A stretch of 64,000 bases of DNA from Eledone cirrhosa (lineage: Eukaryota): contig OZ024740.1 of NCBI GenBank assembly GCA_964016885.1, forward strand, positions 261,516,001 to 261,580,000, given 5' to 3'. Positions 12,990-25,632 of this stretch are shown here, one piece after another. Below the pieces are notes generated by a model. The model made no database searches. It was given only the letters and a program-made list of their open reading frames with translations, and was not told the DNA's origin. The translations under genes and the position numbers were made by a program. Each line of letters opens with the position of its first letter. Position 1 is the first letter of the stretch.

Positions 12990-13308
12990 GCACTCGCCGA
13001 CCTTTGTTGAAAAATTATGGAGGCTGGATTCTTATAGAATTCCAGTAATAATCAGGAACTGATTATACAGAGCGATTGCCGGTCCAGAAAAAATTGAAAA
13101 TTAGGATTGGTGCTCTGAAATAGCGATGTATACATGAATATATGTATAGTATATTTGGCCTTGCGCTATTATTTTAAAGTAGTGACTATGTCACTTTTTT
13201 TCAACAAATAATTTTTGCTGGACCGGCTCTGTATAATCAGTTCCTGATTATTACTAGAATTCTATAAGAATCCAGCCTCCATAATTTTCAACAAACATCG
13301 GCGAGTGC

Positions 13309-13354
13309 TAAGCTCTGATGATCACCAACAATGTGAAACATATCTGTCAGCTTA
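13309..13354 (+). ncRNA. Type I hammerhead ribozyme (family E), slightly mutated
   Basis: TAAGCT CTGATGA TCACCAACAATGT GAAACATATCTGTC AGCTTA; perfect 6-bp stem I. Confidence 0.75.
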
Positions 13355-13892
13355 TCTCCCTTTGTTTGTTGAAAAAAGAAGTGACATAGTCACTACTTTA
13401 AAATAATAGCGGAAGGTCTTCAAAATGTTTTTAATTAAGCATACAGTATATTACCAAATATACTATACATATATACATGTATACTTCGCTATTTCAGAGC
13501 ACCAATCCTAATTTTATATATATATATATATATACATACATACATACACACACACATTTATAAATAAATAAATATATATATATATATATATATATATGGG
13601 ATAATACGTTATCGTTATAGATAATCCAGTTAGAGGTTGTGAGTACTCTGCGTTGTGGATAGCTTTAACGTACGGCTTTGTTTGACTCAACAAGATGCTT
13701 CCATAGTTATGCAGCGAGTTCGCGGTAATTTCTATGCAGGTTATACTTGGAGTAATAATAGTGAAAGAATAAAGAGTAACATGGTTGGCTCTATCTATTT
13801 ACCATATATGTTTTATTATTGATCTTATTGTTTTGATTATATGCTATTCTTCTATATATGTCTTGCCTCGAGTGAATTATTTTTATATCTAC

Positions 13893-14003
13893 GTACTCTG
13901 ATATGTTGACCAGAGGTAAATAATGTATTGGAGATCGAGTGACGCAACTTCAAGCGATGAGCGACCTCTAGACTCACCTGATCAACGAAACAATTGTCAG
14001 TAC
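13893..14003 (+). ncRNA. Long-stem-II HHR with a damaged core, within a ~430-nt element (13598-14025) between (TA)n tracts
   Basis: GTACT CTGATAT GTTGACCAG...CTGATCAAC GAAACAATTGTC AGTAC, followed by AATAAA. Confidence 0.7.
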
Positions 14004-14759
14004 TTGAAATAAAGCCCCTTATTGTGTATATATATGTATATAGACATTTGTCCCTACAAACATGAATATGCATCGCCATGCCATTGACTGTAGAATGCTT
14101 AGTCACTTGTACGTTAATTTCCCGAGCAGGTTGTTCCATTAATTGAACAACTGGGACATACATCATTGATACCGACGGAGGTACAACAACAATAACAATG
14201 ACACTAACATCTTATCCCCCCCCCCTAACCCCCTACCCCCCCACCAATATTTCTAATGAAATAGACTGCATTTGAATAAATCAATGAAGTTTTGGGAGGG
14301 ATTTACTAAAACTATTATTCATAACTTTCTCAGGTTCTGACCAGAATTCCGTGAAAAAAAGCATTGGTATTACTGTCTTCAAATCTATCCATGCAGGTTA
14401 AGGGTCAATCTGCCTCCTGGTCACGGTAGATAGGATGGAGAGGAGATTGCCCTGGAGGATGGCAAGGAAGGCGTTCTGGAACGCAGTGAGTAGAGATGTG
14501 GTCTTGGAGGCCAAGAACGCTGGAAGTCTGCACTGTCGCAGGTTCAACTAGAAACCTACCAGAGAGCTGCCAATAACTTGACGAACACAAAATATGTTTA
14601 AAAAGATATGGATTTTGGAGGGTTGGTATCAGAATGATATACTGCCAAACTAAATAAATCCCTTCAAAATTATTAATTAATTAATTCATTCATTACAAAT
14701 ATTGTAACGAAGGGGCTGAATTGTTGTTGTTGGATTTCCGTCGGTTTCTGTGATGAATG

Positions 14760-15070
14760 TTGGAGAAGGTGAAGGTGGAATGTCCACTGCGATATTCTAA
14801 CATCTATATATCAATTCGAGGTCAATTTTCCCTTTTATTCTTTCGAGGTCGATAAAAAACGTACCAGTCTAGTACCAGGGTTGATTCTTCCTTCATATTT
14901 CTTTCTCTCGTCCATTCTCTCACTTTCTATTCTTCCATGGAAGAATTCTTCTGTATCCAGACCTGGAGAGGAGATGGACTCCACTAGGTATAAAAAAGGC
15001 CCTAGAAACGCCGTATGTAAATACGGCGCCCCTACGACAACCCCAGGAGTTTCTGGAACATACCATACTA
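14760..15070 (+). mobile_element. Older SINE family (other copies ~27470-27740 on +, ~35805-36240 on -)
   Basis: Shared GTCGATAAAA...GTACCAG central segment and tail CAGACCTGGAGAGGAGATGG...CGCCCCTACGAC. Confidence 0.6.
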
Positions 15071-15225
15071 TATATCCGTTTCATATTCAATCTGTTCCAT
15101 TGATAAATGTGTTGGTATATAATCCCGCTATGGGCTGCCACAGCGTCGATCGGGAAACATTGCCAACTGACTTCCCCACACATCTGTTGCATTTGTTGCT
15201 AATACCATTTCTACTACTGCTGCTG

Positions 15226-15290
<65 letters not shown>

Positions 15291-15936
15291 TTGCCGCCGT
15301 CATCGTCACCATCACCATCATCGACGCCACAACTGCCTCCACCACCACAAAAACAATCCCCCACCACTCCACCAATACCCCCACAACATCACCATCACAA
15401 CATCACTCCACAAATACCGCCGCAACATCACCATCACACCAACACCATCGCACCACCACCAACACCAACACCACCACCGCCACAACCACTACTAATACCC
15501 TTAGTATCCCCCCCCTCCCCCAGCGTGGCTCCAGGTAGTGTTGGTGGTGGTGGTGGCGTTTGGCGTTGTCAGTGTCAACAATTGTTTGACTTTAGCTTCA
15601 GTTTTGTTTTCATAACTGAAAGCTCTCTCTGCCAACGCCTCGAAACCAAAAATATAGTTTTGTTGTCAATATCTTTCTTCTAACCGCTTTTGTTCGCAAC
15701 ACATCTTTATACTTTTGTCTCCTAAATTGTGTATATATCAGACCCCCCCCCCACGCACACACACACGCACACACGCACGCACACACACACACACACACAC
15801 ATACAAACAAAGAAACACACGCGCGTACATACATATATATATAAGCATATATATATATATATACATATGTATATATATATACATATATTATATATATATA
15901 TATACTAATATATATATACTACTGTATATATATATG

Positions 15937-15997
<61 letters not shown>

Positions 15998-16069
15998 GTG
16001 GATGGATACTTCAACAGGTACAATGTACTTGTAGAAATATTATATATATATATATATATATATTTGGTT

Positions 16070-18561
16070 TCTGAATTTGTTTAGCAAGATTCTTTATCTG
16101 AAAACGTGTGTTGAAACCGATATTGTTATACTTTGGGAGGGTCATGTTGCCAATAAGAAACACACGCACCAGTTGCTTCACTTTAATTTATTATAAATTT
16201 CCGGTTGGTTGGTTGGTGCCACAACCGGATGGTTGTTCATATATTGTCAAAGTTCTTTCGTCACACATTCTGTGACCTCTTCAGTGACTGGGGATTCTTT
16301 TCTTTGTTTTGTGCCTCTCCTTTGTTCTGTCCTACGCCATCTGTTTTTGTGTGTGTTGTGTGCTTAATTTGCGCATGTGTTACACCCGGGTGTCTGTGTG
16401 TGTTTTTATTTGTTTATTTATTTGTTCATTTACATGTTATTAGTTAGTTGTTTGTTCCATGTGTGTCCCCAAATATATTTGACAGCACGGAGGACCTCCT
16501 CAGCTGAATCAGCGAAAATAACCTGTCTAGGGACCTAACAGGCTGTATAATAGGATGGATGTAGTGTTCCTATACCCATCCATTGACGTAGATTTTGCTG
16601 TGGAGAAATGCGTAGAAATGATCAGTGAGAGCAATGTTGAATTCCGTGGGATTGATACCAGCGAGCTGGGACTCCTACTTAAACTTACATACAATAATGA
16701 CTACCTAGATACATATGACCTTAGCAACCTCTGCTCCACAAGGCCAGCAAGAGGCAGACCACCTACCATTACTTCAATGGCCAAGAAAACCCACACATAA
16801 AGATGGAACGGGTGGATTAGAGTCATACAGACCCCCGTAAACCATGATGAACTAAAGAAAATGATCGCACATGCGGTGGGGGCTAGTATAAAACTAACCC
16901 TTAAGGAACATATCTTCAAATTTAATGGAAAAACATATGCCCAAGAGGAGGGAGCAGCTATTGGCGCTAGCTTGCAGGCGACATAGCTAATCTATTTATG
17001 GTATGGTGGGACAATAAACTTAAGAAACAATTAGAAGACAACAATCTCTTGACCCTGATAATGTACTCCCGCTACGTTGATGATATAAACATCGTAGTAA
17101 ACACCCCCCCACTAGAGAACAGTCAGGAATTAGAGAAAAACACCATGGAAAGCATCCAGCAAATAGCTAACTCCATCCACCAGAGTATCAAAGTTACTAT
17201 AGACTACCCAAGCAAACACCCCAACCATCGATTACCTGTACTAGACACAGAGCTCTGGTTGGAAACCATTAATAATAAAAAACAAATCCTCCATTCCCAC
17301 TATGCCAAACCCATGACTTCCAAATACCTGATCCACCGAAACTCAGCTGTTTCGGATCACATCAAAATCAACATACTGATTGCAGATTTAGTACGTGTGA
17401 TGAGGAACGTGTCCCGCATGTGAAACCCCAAAGAATTAGAGAGACACATACAACACTTCATTCACCGTATGCAGTACTCTGGCTACAATCAGAGAAATAA
17501 AATCAGAGTATTAGAGGAGCCAAAACCAAATGGGATAAAATGGTAAATAATTGTTTCTACGTTTGGCACAAGGCCAGCAATTACCCAGTGCATTACTGGT
17601 ACTTTATTTTATCGACCCCGTAAGGATGAAAGGCAAAGTTAAGTAAATAATGATACAAATGTATAGGAGCAAATTTTGAAGTAAAATAGAAATAAATAGC
17701 AATAAATACCAGAGTGTAATGTTCATCAATACAACCCCTAGAGGTGAACTAGCTTAAACATTTAGAAGAGCCCTAGATAAACTTAAACTAAATATTAAGA
17801 TAGAAAGACCAGGTACCTCCATAAAAAAACTAATTAGTAATACATATCCTTTTCAAAGACTTCTCTGTATAGATAGGAAATGCATAATCTGTAAGCTAAG
17901 CCCCCATATTAACTGTAAAACTAGAAATGTAGTATATAGCATAAGATGTACTGAAGGACAATATAAAAATAAGAATATAATGTACATAGGTGAGACAGCT
18001 CGTAGCATAGGAGAACGATTAAATGAAAACTGGCGTGAACTCCAAGATAGAAAAGACTCCACCAACATGCTAAAATAGAACATAAGGGCAAATTAGAGAA
18101 CATAGAGATAAAAATAAAATCTACACACAGAAAAGACGCAATGTTTAGACAAATCACAGAGGCAATAAACATAAATGAACTCCAACCAAAATTAAATAGA
18201 AAACATCAATGGAATAGCAACATCACAACTTATAATTGAGGACAAAATGAAAACACACATACATAGAACAAACAACTAACTAGTAACATGTAAATAAACA
18301 AATAAATAAACAAATAAAAACCCACACAGACATCCGGATGTAACACATGCGCAAAGTAAGCACACAACACACACAAAAACAAGATGGCGTAGGAAAGAAC
18401 AAAGGAGAGGCACAAAACAAAGAAAAGAATCCCCATTCACTGAAGAGGTCATAGAATGTGTGATGAAAGAACCAACCAACCAACCGGAAATTTATAATAA
18501 ATTGAAGTGAAAGCAACTGGTGCGTGTGTTTCTTATTGGCAACATGACCCTCCCAAAGTAT

Positions 18562-18568
<7 letters not shown>
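16070..18568 (+). mobile_element. Penelope-like retroelement (degenerate RT + GIY-YIG) with an inverted 5' pseudo-LTR (16118-16465) and a 3' pseudo-LTR (18240-18568)
   Basis: RT motifs MDVVFLYPSI, IANLFM, YSRYVDDI, LPVLD; GIY-YIG NCKTRNVVYSIRC...YIGETARSIGERL (~17911-18021) and EAININELQPKLN; the pseudo-LTRs are reverse complements; SINE inserted at ~17545-17641. Confidence 0.9.
16246..16288 (-). ncRNA. Minimal HHR in the PLE pseudo-LTR
   Basis: Reverse complement: GTCA CTGAAGA G GTCACA GAATG TGTGAC GAAAGAACTT TGAC; perfect stems I and II. The copy at ~18436-18472 has lost its 3' part. Confidence 0.8.
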
Positions 18569-18641
<73 letters not shown>

Positions 18642-18644
<3 letters not shown>

Positions 18645-19150
18645 TATGTATACAGACGTACAGTAGTATGTATATATATATACATACATGCACACATATA
18701 TATATATGTACGTATGGATTCACCGAACATTTATTATAATGCTCGGTGTGTTTGTAAACAAACATCCCGTATTAAGCCGTAGTGTCTAGCAACCATCGTT
18801 GCTCGTTTGTTCAACACTGACAAAGGAACGCTGTACTAGTTTCAAGCTTATTAGCTATCGTCAGCAACGTATACCTTCCTGCCAGATGATTGAACGTCTG
18901 AAAGCATATACTCTCCCTATGCATATCAACGGCCGAGCAGCCTAATTTGCATATCGAGTGGGTTAATCAGCCGGGTGCACCGAAAACGATAAATGGATAA
19001 AATTAAACGAAATTTCATTTCCCACTCTTAGTACGGCTGTTACTTAAATATAAGTATGTATACGTACATACATCTATGTATACAAACGTACAATAGTATG
19101 TATATATATATATACATATATGCACACATATATATATGTGCGTATGGATT
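18642..19150 (-). mobile_element. Family A copy (~1.2 monomers) with an HHR at 18828-18870
   Basis: Closely similar to 2698-3131; terminal redundancy AAGTATGTA...CGTATGGATT; (TA)n flanks. Confidence 0.85.
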
Positions 19151-19159
19151 GTATATATA

Positions 19160-19945
19160 TATATATATATAAATATATATAGTGAAAAATGGAACGGGAA
19201 CAAAACAGAGAAGCAGTACAAACAAAGGTTTATTAGTTTCACGCTCTTGAGGGTGAGAGAGGGGGGGGACGTCTCAGGCATAATCCCTTCTTCTGGAGAA
19301 AAGTGGGTGTGAAGAGAGTTCCGAGGGTGTGTGGGGAGTGGTGGAGAGACATTTAGAATAAGAGGGGGAGAGGAAAGGGAGGAAAAACGGTGGAAGGGGT
19401 ACAAATAAAAATAAAAATAAACATGAAGATAAACAAGTGGTGGAAGGGTGTGGGGCGTGTAGGGGTGGTGGCGGGTGGAGTGGGGAGAGGGAGGTGGGGT
19501 GTCCGAGCGAGGAGGGCTGAAGATGGTGTTTGTGTATGTGTGTAGGTATACGTGTGTGCGTGTATGTGAATGTGAGAGTTGGGGGAAGAACGAGGTTCCA
19601 TGTTCAGGAAAAGGTGTGTGTGTGGAGTGGGGTGTAGGTCGGTGTGTGTGTGCGTGTGGATGGGGAGGGGTCAGAGGGGTGGGGAGGGGGGATTCGGAGG
19701 CTAAATGTGTATATATGTGGGGGTACGCACGTGTGGGTTGGTGTTTATACGTTTTGTGGATGTAGGTGGCGTGGTTCGATAAAAAATTGTGAGTGTATGT
19801 CCGTGTGTAAGTTCCTAAGGTAGTTCCGTAGAGGATGTAAAGGGATGCCGGATATTTTCCATGTTATGGAGTGGATAGTTGAAACGATGGCCGGTGGTGT
19901 GTAATCCGTTGGTTGTGGTGGTCGGAAGCGGGGAGATGTGGTATG
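19160..19945 (-). mobile_element. PLE 3' remnant (end of GIY-YIG region plus UTR with a degenerate HHR at ~19266-19296)
   Basis: Reverse complement encodes GHRFNYPLHNMENI and LGTY-like remnants; CAGAAGAAGGGATTATGCCTGAGACGTC. Confidence 0.5.
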
Positions 19946-19957
19946 TATATATATCTA

Positions 19958-20700
19958 TATCACGATGCATTAACGGAGCCATAGACTCTCGTTATTCCCT
20001 GTAAATAATGTGCTCAAAGGAGAGGAAATCCTGGGCACTTTAAAATACAATATGTTGAAAAGGTAACACACTAGAGAGTGATACAGTGCGCCATCAATAA
20101 AACAGAGAAAAACCACCAGTGTATGGAATCTATAACCTATGAAAGGCAGAATATAGACACGATAATTAAAAATATAAATTAAAGCGTAAATAAAATTATT
20201 TACAGGGAACGGCGAGAGTCTATGGTTCCGTTAATGTATCGTGATATTTCGCTCCTTATAACAGTCTTTTTCCTCTTTCTCTGTTTGGTTGAGCACACTT
20301 CTCTGAGTGGTTTTGGGCTGCCCTTTCTAGCAGCTCGTCCCCCAGAGGCCACTAGTTCACTGCCCTTAAACACGCTGTGACTTCTCTCTCCCACGTGTAG
20401 TTGGACGGCCGCTTTAAAAATTCTTTTAGTGTTGTCTGAAATGTATAGCCTAACACACGCTGATGAACCTGGGTTATTTCATTTCCGTCAACAACTTACT
20501 GGTGAAACAGATCACTTTGGATTTGTACGTGTGTTATATAGTTATAGAGGTATTTATTTGCGCTTTAATTTATATTTTTAATTATCGTGTCTATATTCTG
20601 CCTTTCATAGGTTATAGATTCCATACACTGGTGGTTTTTTCCCTGTTTTATTGATGGCACACTGTATCTCTCTCTAGTGTGTTATCTTTTCAACATATTG

Positions 20701-20705
<5 letters not shown>
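19958..20705. mobile_element. Family G: inverted permuted copy (19958-20195) plus a direct ~510-545-nt monomer with a full HHR
   Basis: 19958-20008 is the reverse complement of 20196-20248, and 20045-20192 of 20552-20703; (TA)n flanks. Confidence 0.85.
20451..20536 (+). ncRNA. Full-size type I hammerhead ribozyme (family G), predicted cleavage after A20527
   Basis: TAACACACG CTGATGA ACC...GGT GAA ACAGATC ACTTTG GATTTGT A CGTGTGTTA; 9-bp stem I, 7-bp stem III, intact core. Confidence 0.92.
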
Positions 20706-20738
<33 letters not shown>

Positions 20739-20865
20739 AAGAGTTAAACAAGATTCAATGAGTACATCAAAGAATAAGTTTTACAGTTGATTGGAAGCAC
20801 TCTACAGTTATTAATATTAAAATACAAATGATAATAAAATAGATGTTCTTTTGATCAATTAAATT

Positions 20866-20914
20866 TTATTATACATATTTCAGAGATACAACAGTACGTC
20901 CTCATCAGACAAAA
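20866..20914 (-). ncRNA. Degenerate HHR in a short element between (TA)n tracts (20735-20980)
   Basis: Reverse complement TTTTGT CTGATGA GGACGTACTGTTGTATCTCT GAAATATGTA; weak stems. Confidence 0.45.
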
Positions 20915-20977
20915 TATAATGATACATGACATACCCTGAGATGTTAAATGGTCAAGATTTAATCAAGGTAGTCAATC

Positions 20978-21061
<84 letters not shown>

Positions 21062-21556
21062 AATATATATATATATATTCATACACACACACACGCATAT
21101 ATATATATATACATATGCACATATATACATACATAAACATCCAGCAAACCATATAATGAAAAATAATATTATAGCCGGAATATTTAAAAATAAAAACATA
21201 ACAAAATAAAATGAAACTAAATTAAATAGCCTTACATAAAAATATAGACACAGGAGTTTAGGTGGAAACAAAACATTTGGCAGTTCTTCGATGTTCGTGA
21301 ATGTGAAACAATGTCTGCAGATATTCCTAATATTTCCTTGAAGCAGTTGATGTGAGACACAAGCCAACGATTCCGGCGGCCATTTTGGGAAGCACAATAT
21401 ATTTGCTATTGGAAAGACATGAGTTATTTTGTTGTATCTATCTATACATTATATACATATCTGCAACAAATGACCTTAACTATGTATGCATATCTGTCTG
21501 TCTGCTTGTCCCCTCCCTCTCTCTCTCTCTCTCTCGCTCTCTATCTATCTATCATC

Positions 21557-21742
21557 GGGTTGGCAGCATCGGTAGAGGGTCGGACGCCATGCTTTGCAAC
21601 ATAGAGTTACGGCCCTTGCCATTCTGAGTTCAAATCCCGCCGAGGTTAACTTTACCTTTCATCCTTACGGGGTCGATAAAATAAAGTACCAGTAATGTAC
21701 TGAGTAATTGCTGGCCTTGTGCCAAAAGTAGAAACAATTATT
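21557..21742 (+). mobile_element. tRNA-derived SINE (abundant young family)
   Basis: A box TGGCAGCATCGG, B box GAGTTCAAATCC, body CCTTTCATCCTTACGGGGTCGATAAAATAAAGTACCAG, tail GGCCTTGTGCCAAAAGTAGAAACAATT. Confidence 0.9.
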
Positions 21743-22089
21743 TCCCTCAATCTCTTTCTATAGACTTATATAAACCAATGCACGGACAGGAGTTATGGAC
21801 CTGACTCGACTCCATTATCGAAGTGCTCTTATATTTTTTGTCACATCGCCAGTCCGAAGAGCCGATCGATAATGGTGTCGGGTCCATAACTCCTATGGGT
21901 GACCCTCCGCCAATCCTCTGTGAAATGCGCGTTACATGTCGATACACAATACAAATCCAATACATGTAAACGAGACTTCCTCATCTTTTCTAACATATAC
22001 ACTCTGCTTGTGCATAGAGTGCTTATTTTGGTACCACCACAAGTACACCAGTAATTCACTGAATCAGCTACACTATATATATATATATA

Positions 22090-23419
22090 TATTATCTCTA
22101 TATATATAAAACGGAAGATGTCTGTCTGTGTGTGTATGATTTTTATGCATTTCCACATTTCTCTACCGATTTTGATGATTTTTTTCCAATGTGCTCCAAA
22201 TTTACCAACGATGCCCAACGCGTAATACACTTTGCCACAAATTTCCTGGTTCTATGAAAAAAATTGATAAAACTAAATACATGCTGTAACCCACTCTCTT
22301 ACACGCTTAATCACTCTCTCTACTACCCAAGAGCGACAAAACCTCGTTCAGGAACGCGACATAAACTTTGAAAACTAAGCAACACATCATTTTATACAAC
22401 AACAAACATAGTCATAACGCTCTCTCCGTCCCTCTTCCTTCTCTCTATAATAGATCATTCCCCCTCTCTATAATTTAACTGCTTTACTCTCTTCATGCTT
22501 TGACGTTTAACACACCTCCCTATAGTTTCTTATCTTTACTCTCTCCGTCGCTCTTCCCTCTCTCTATAATAGATTATTCCCCCTCATATAATTTAACTGC
22601 TGGGGGAGTCACTGGAGTTCCGTATTGAACTTCCGTATGGCTTTTCTGGGGTATTTTAAATCGGCTTATTGCAAATAACAACCCGCAAAATAACACTTCA
22701 TATAACAGATTAATGCTATAGACATATGAATCGGAATGTTTAAATTATTTATTTTTTACGACTTTCATTGGTTAAATATTAATATGACAACACCCATAGT
22801 GTTGTACTTCTGGCAATTCTGCCGAATACACTGCCAAGGATGAACCTTTTCTCCTCGGCGTCAGATATCCCGTTCGATTTCCGGCGATCCCAATTCCCGG
22901 TGAGACCATGTTTTGCCATGTCCATTAACAAGTCACAAGGGTAAACATTGTTGGTGGCGGACATCCATTTGGGGGAGCCATGCTTCTCCCATGGCCATCT
23001 TTATGTTGCCTGTTCCAGCGTAGGGAGTAGGAATGAACTTTTTGCTTACACTCCTCAAGGGATGACACGCAATATCGTCTATAAAGAGGTGCTATAGATG
23101 TTGGTGCAGGTGTTAGAGGTGTTGGAGCTATGCTGTCTGGAAAACTATTTCCTGGTAGGGTCACCCATGGCGGATAGATCTGACACCCAGCGGCATCAGG
23201 GCCACCATGTTGCAACTTTGGTCTGCTAAATTCGCTATTGGAAGATTATTAACTCATCATTGACTGTCCAAAATGCTAATTGATTCGTAACTTTTAATAA
23301 CCGGTTCAATCGCTTTATGCACTTAATTGATAAGCTTATTCGCTTTCAAGCCACGTTTACCTGTATGTAACTTTTCATTGCAAATGAACAAACCCGAGCA
23401 ACGCCGGGCTAAACTGCTA

Positions 23420-23420
<1 letters not shown>
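22090..23420 (+). mobile_element. Internally deleted Helitron retaining a helicase C-terminal fragment
   Basis: 5' TC start (ATCTCTATATATATAAAA...TGTCTGTCTG); 3' hairpin CCCGAGCAACGCCGGG then CTAG, followed by (TA)n. Confidence 0.85.
22831..23025 (+). pseudogene. Helitron RepHel Pif1-family helicase C-terminal remnant
   Basis: Manual translation LPRMNLFSSASDIPFDFRRSQFPVRPCFAMSINKSQG*TL...PCFSHGHLYVACSSV matches the QFP/AMTINKSQG/HGQLYVACSRV motifs; not in the ORF track. Confidence 0.9.
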
Positions 23421-23459
<39 letters not shown>

Positions 23460-23462
<3 letters not shown>

Positions 23463-24720
23463 TCATGCAACTTCCTATTCAGCTCCCTCCACTGAACCAA
23501 TCGTTATTCAATCCTGTCACCATCTCATGCTGGTGACCCTCCGTTCCACCCGTTCTCAAATCCGTTCTCTCGACCGAGATCTCTCCAAGGCCTACCTTCT
23601 TCTCTCTTCAACTTGCCACCCTCTCCTCGTCCAATTCAGTATTCCAATTCATCATCGAACTCAATCGCCTCTTCAATATTTTCACCTTCACCAAGAAACA
23701 AAAATTAGACATACTCCGCTCCCTGTCTACCGTCAACACACACACCTACCTCACCTCCAGCGCTAACCCTATTATCACGTTGTCTACGATTCACTCGCTC
23801 ATCACTCCACCTCCACGTCACTCCCCACCACTGACACCACAGACGTACATGTTACAGCCGCTCCCCCGCCATTAATTTCTCTCCTTCACGTACTTCCTAT
23901 ATGGTTGAAGCCCTACCTCCCGACTTTCCACAATTCGAAGCTGAGCGCTCCCTCCCCACCAGGAGTTTGCGCTTCATACCCACCACATCCACATGCGACG
24001 AGTTTCGAACATGTGCTGAGGTTGAACGCTTCTTACGTCACCTAAAGCTACAAGCATTCTTCCACAATACACGGTCATCGGCCCAACCAGACTGTTTCAC
24101 ATGTGTCAGCCGCTGAAAATCACTGGGCAGTTCAACTCCCTTGATACATTTGTGGAGACTTGTCGACGTACATTAAAACGCTTCAATTTCCAGAAGCACT
24201 CTCCTCGCGCCAACCTCACTCAGACTGGACTCTCCGCTCTGCGCAGTTTACGGCGCCGCGATGACATTGTCATCAAACCCGCTGATAAAATTGGTGCCGT
24301 GGTGGTGTGGAGCACAGACCTTTACACGACAGAGGCCCTCCGATAGCTTCACAATACCCTTTTTACCGGAATTTATATTCTGACCCCACCCCAAGGTACC
24401 AACAGCTCGTGTCCTCCACCATTCGCCAACTTATCACTTCCTTTCACCTACCCCCAACTGCTACTAATCTTATATTACGCACCCCTCGTACACCCACCAT
24501 CTGCTTTCTCCCCAAGATACATAAACCCGATAATCCCGGCCGCCCTACCGTTTCCGCCCGTAACTGCCCTACCGAAATAATCTCCTAATATCTTGACACC
24601 CTCCTCGACCCCTAGTATCCGATCTCCACTCCCACATCTTGCACACTGATCATAGCCTTCGACTGTTTGACTCCCTTTCCTCTGGCCCCTCTCGCATTCT
24701 CCCTACCATGAACATTAACT
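23460..24720 (+). mobile_element. Penelope-like element, N-terminal RT fragment (pseudogene)
   Basis: DDIVIKPADKIGAVVV (DKG motif), DPT, FLPKIHKPDNPGRPTVS...CPTEIIS. Confidence 0.85.
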
Positions 24721-24912
24721 ATATCTATATTTTTTAAATGTTGGTCAATCAATGATAAATATTGATTGCCAGCTAAATTAACTAAAAGGATATATAATAT
24801 ACGGAAGCGAAAACTAACTCAAAGCAAACACTGAGTGTGTTTTATTATATATTTCTAGCAGCATCCATAGGCGGTATGCCGGTTGCGCACTCTATGCTCC
24901 GAAATCAATAGA

Positions 24913-25002
24913 CGTGTCTGAGGAACCTGCGAATCCAGAGTCAGGTCGATCCACACACAGATCGCTCCTCGAGCTGTTCGCCGGGGAAACAATTGTAATA
25001 CG
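24913..25002 (+). ncRNA. Long-stem-II HHR with an intact core (family B copy 24855-25047)
   Basis: CGTGT CTGAGGA ACCTGCGAA...TTCGCCGGG GAAACAATTGTA ATACG, followed by AATAAA. Confidence 0.75.
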
Positions 25003-25043
25003 CAATAAATTGAGTTCCGATGCATCACTGATTTTTCGTTTTC

Positions 25044-25632
<589 letters not shown>

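Larger units (their letters stand above)
12815..13517. mobile_element. Family E: ~1.2 inverted monomers (~320 nt) plus one direct monomer, each with an HHR
   Basis: TGAATATATGTATAGTA repeated at ~12817 and ~13135; 13210-13517 is a permuted reverse complement of 12815-13135; (TA)n flanks. Confidence 0.85.

Noticed and set aside
14155-14760. Old MITE with degenerate TIRs
   Set aside because: Only patchy inverted similarity; ends and TSD cannot be defined.
17421-17423. In-frame TGA in the PLE RT as selenocysteine (as described for some Naiad PLEs)
   Set aside because: The element also has TAA stops and frameshifts and I see no convincing SECIS; decay is the simpler explanation.
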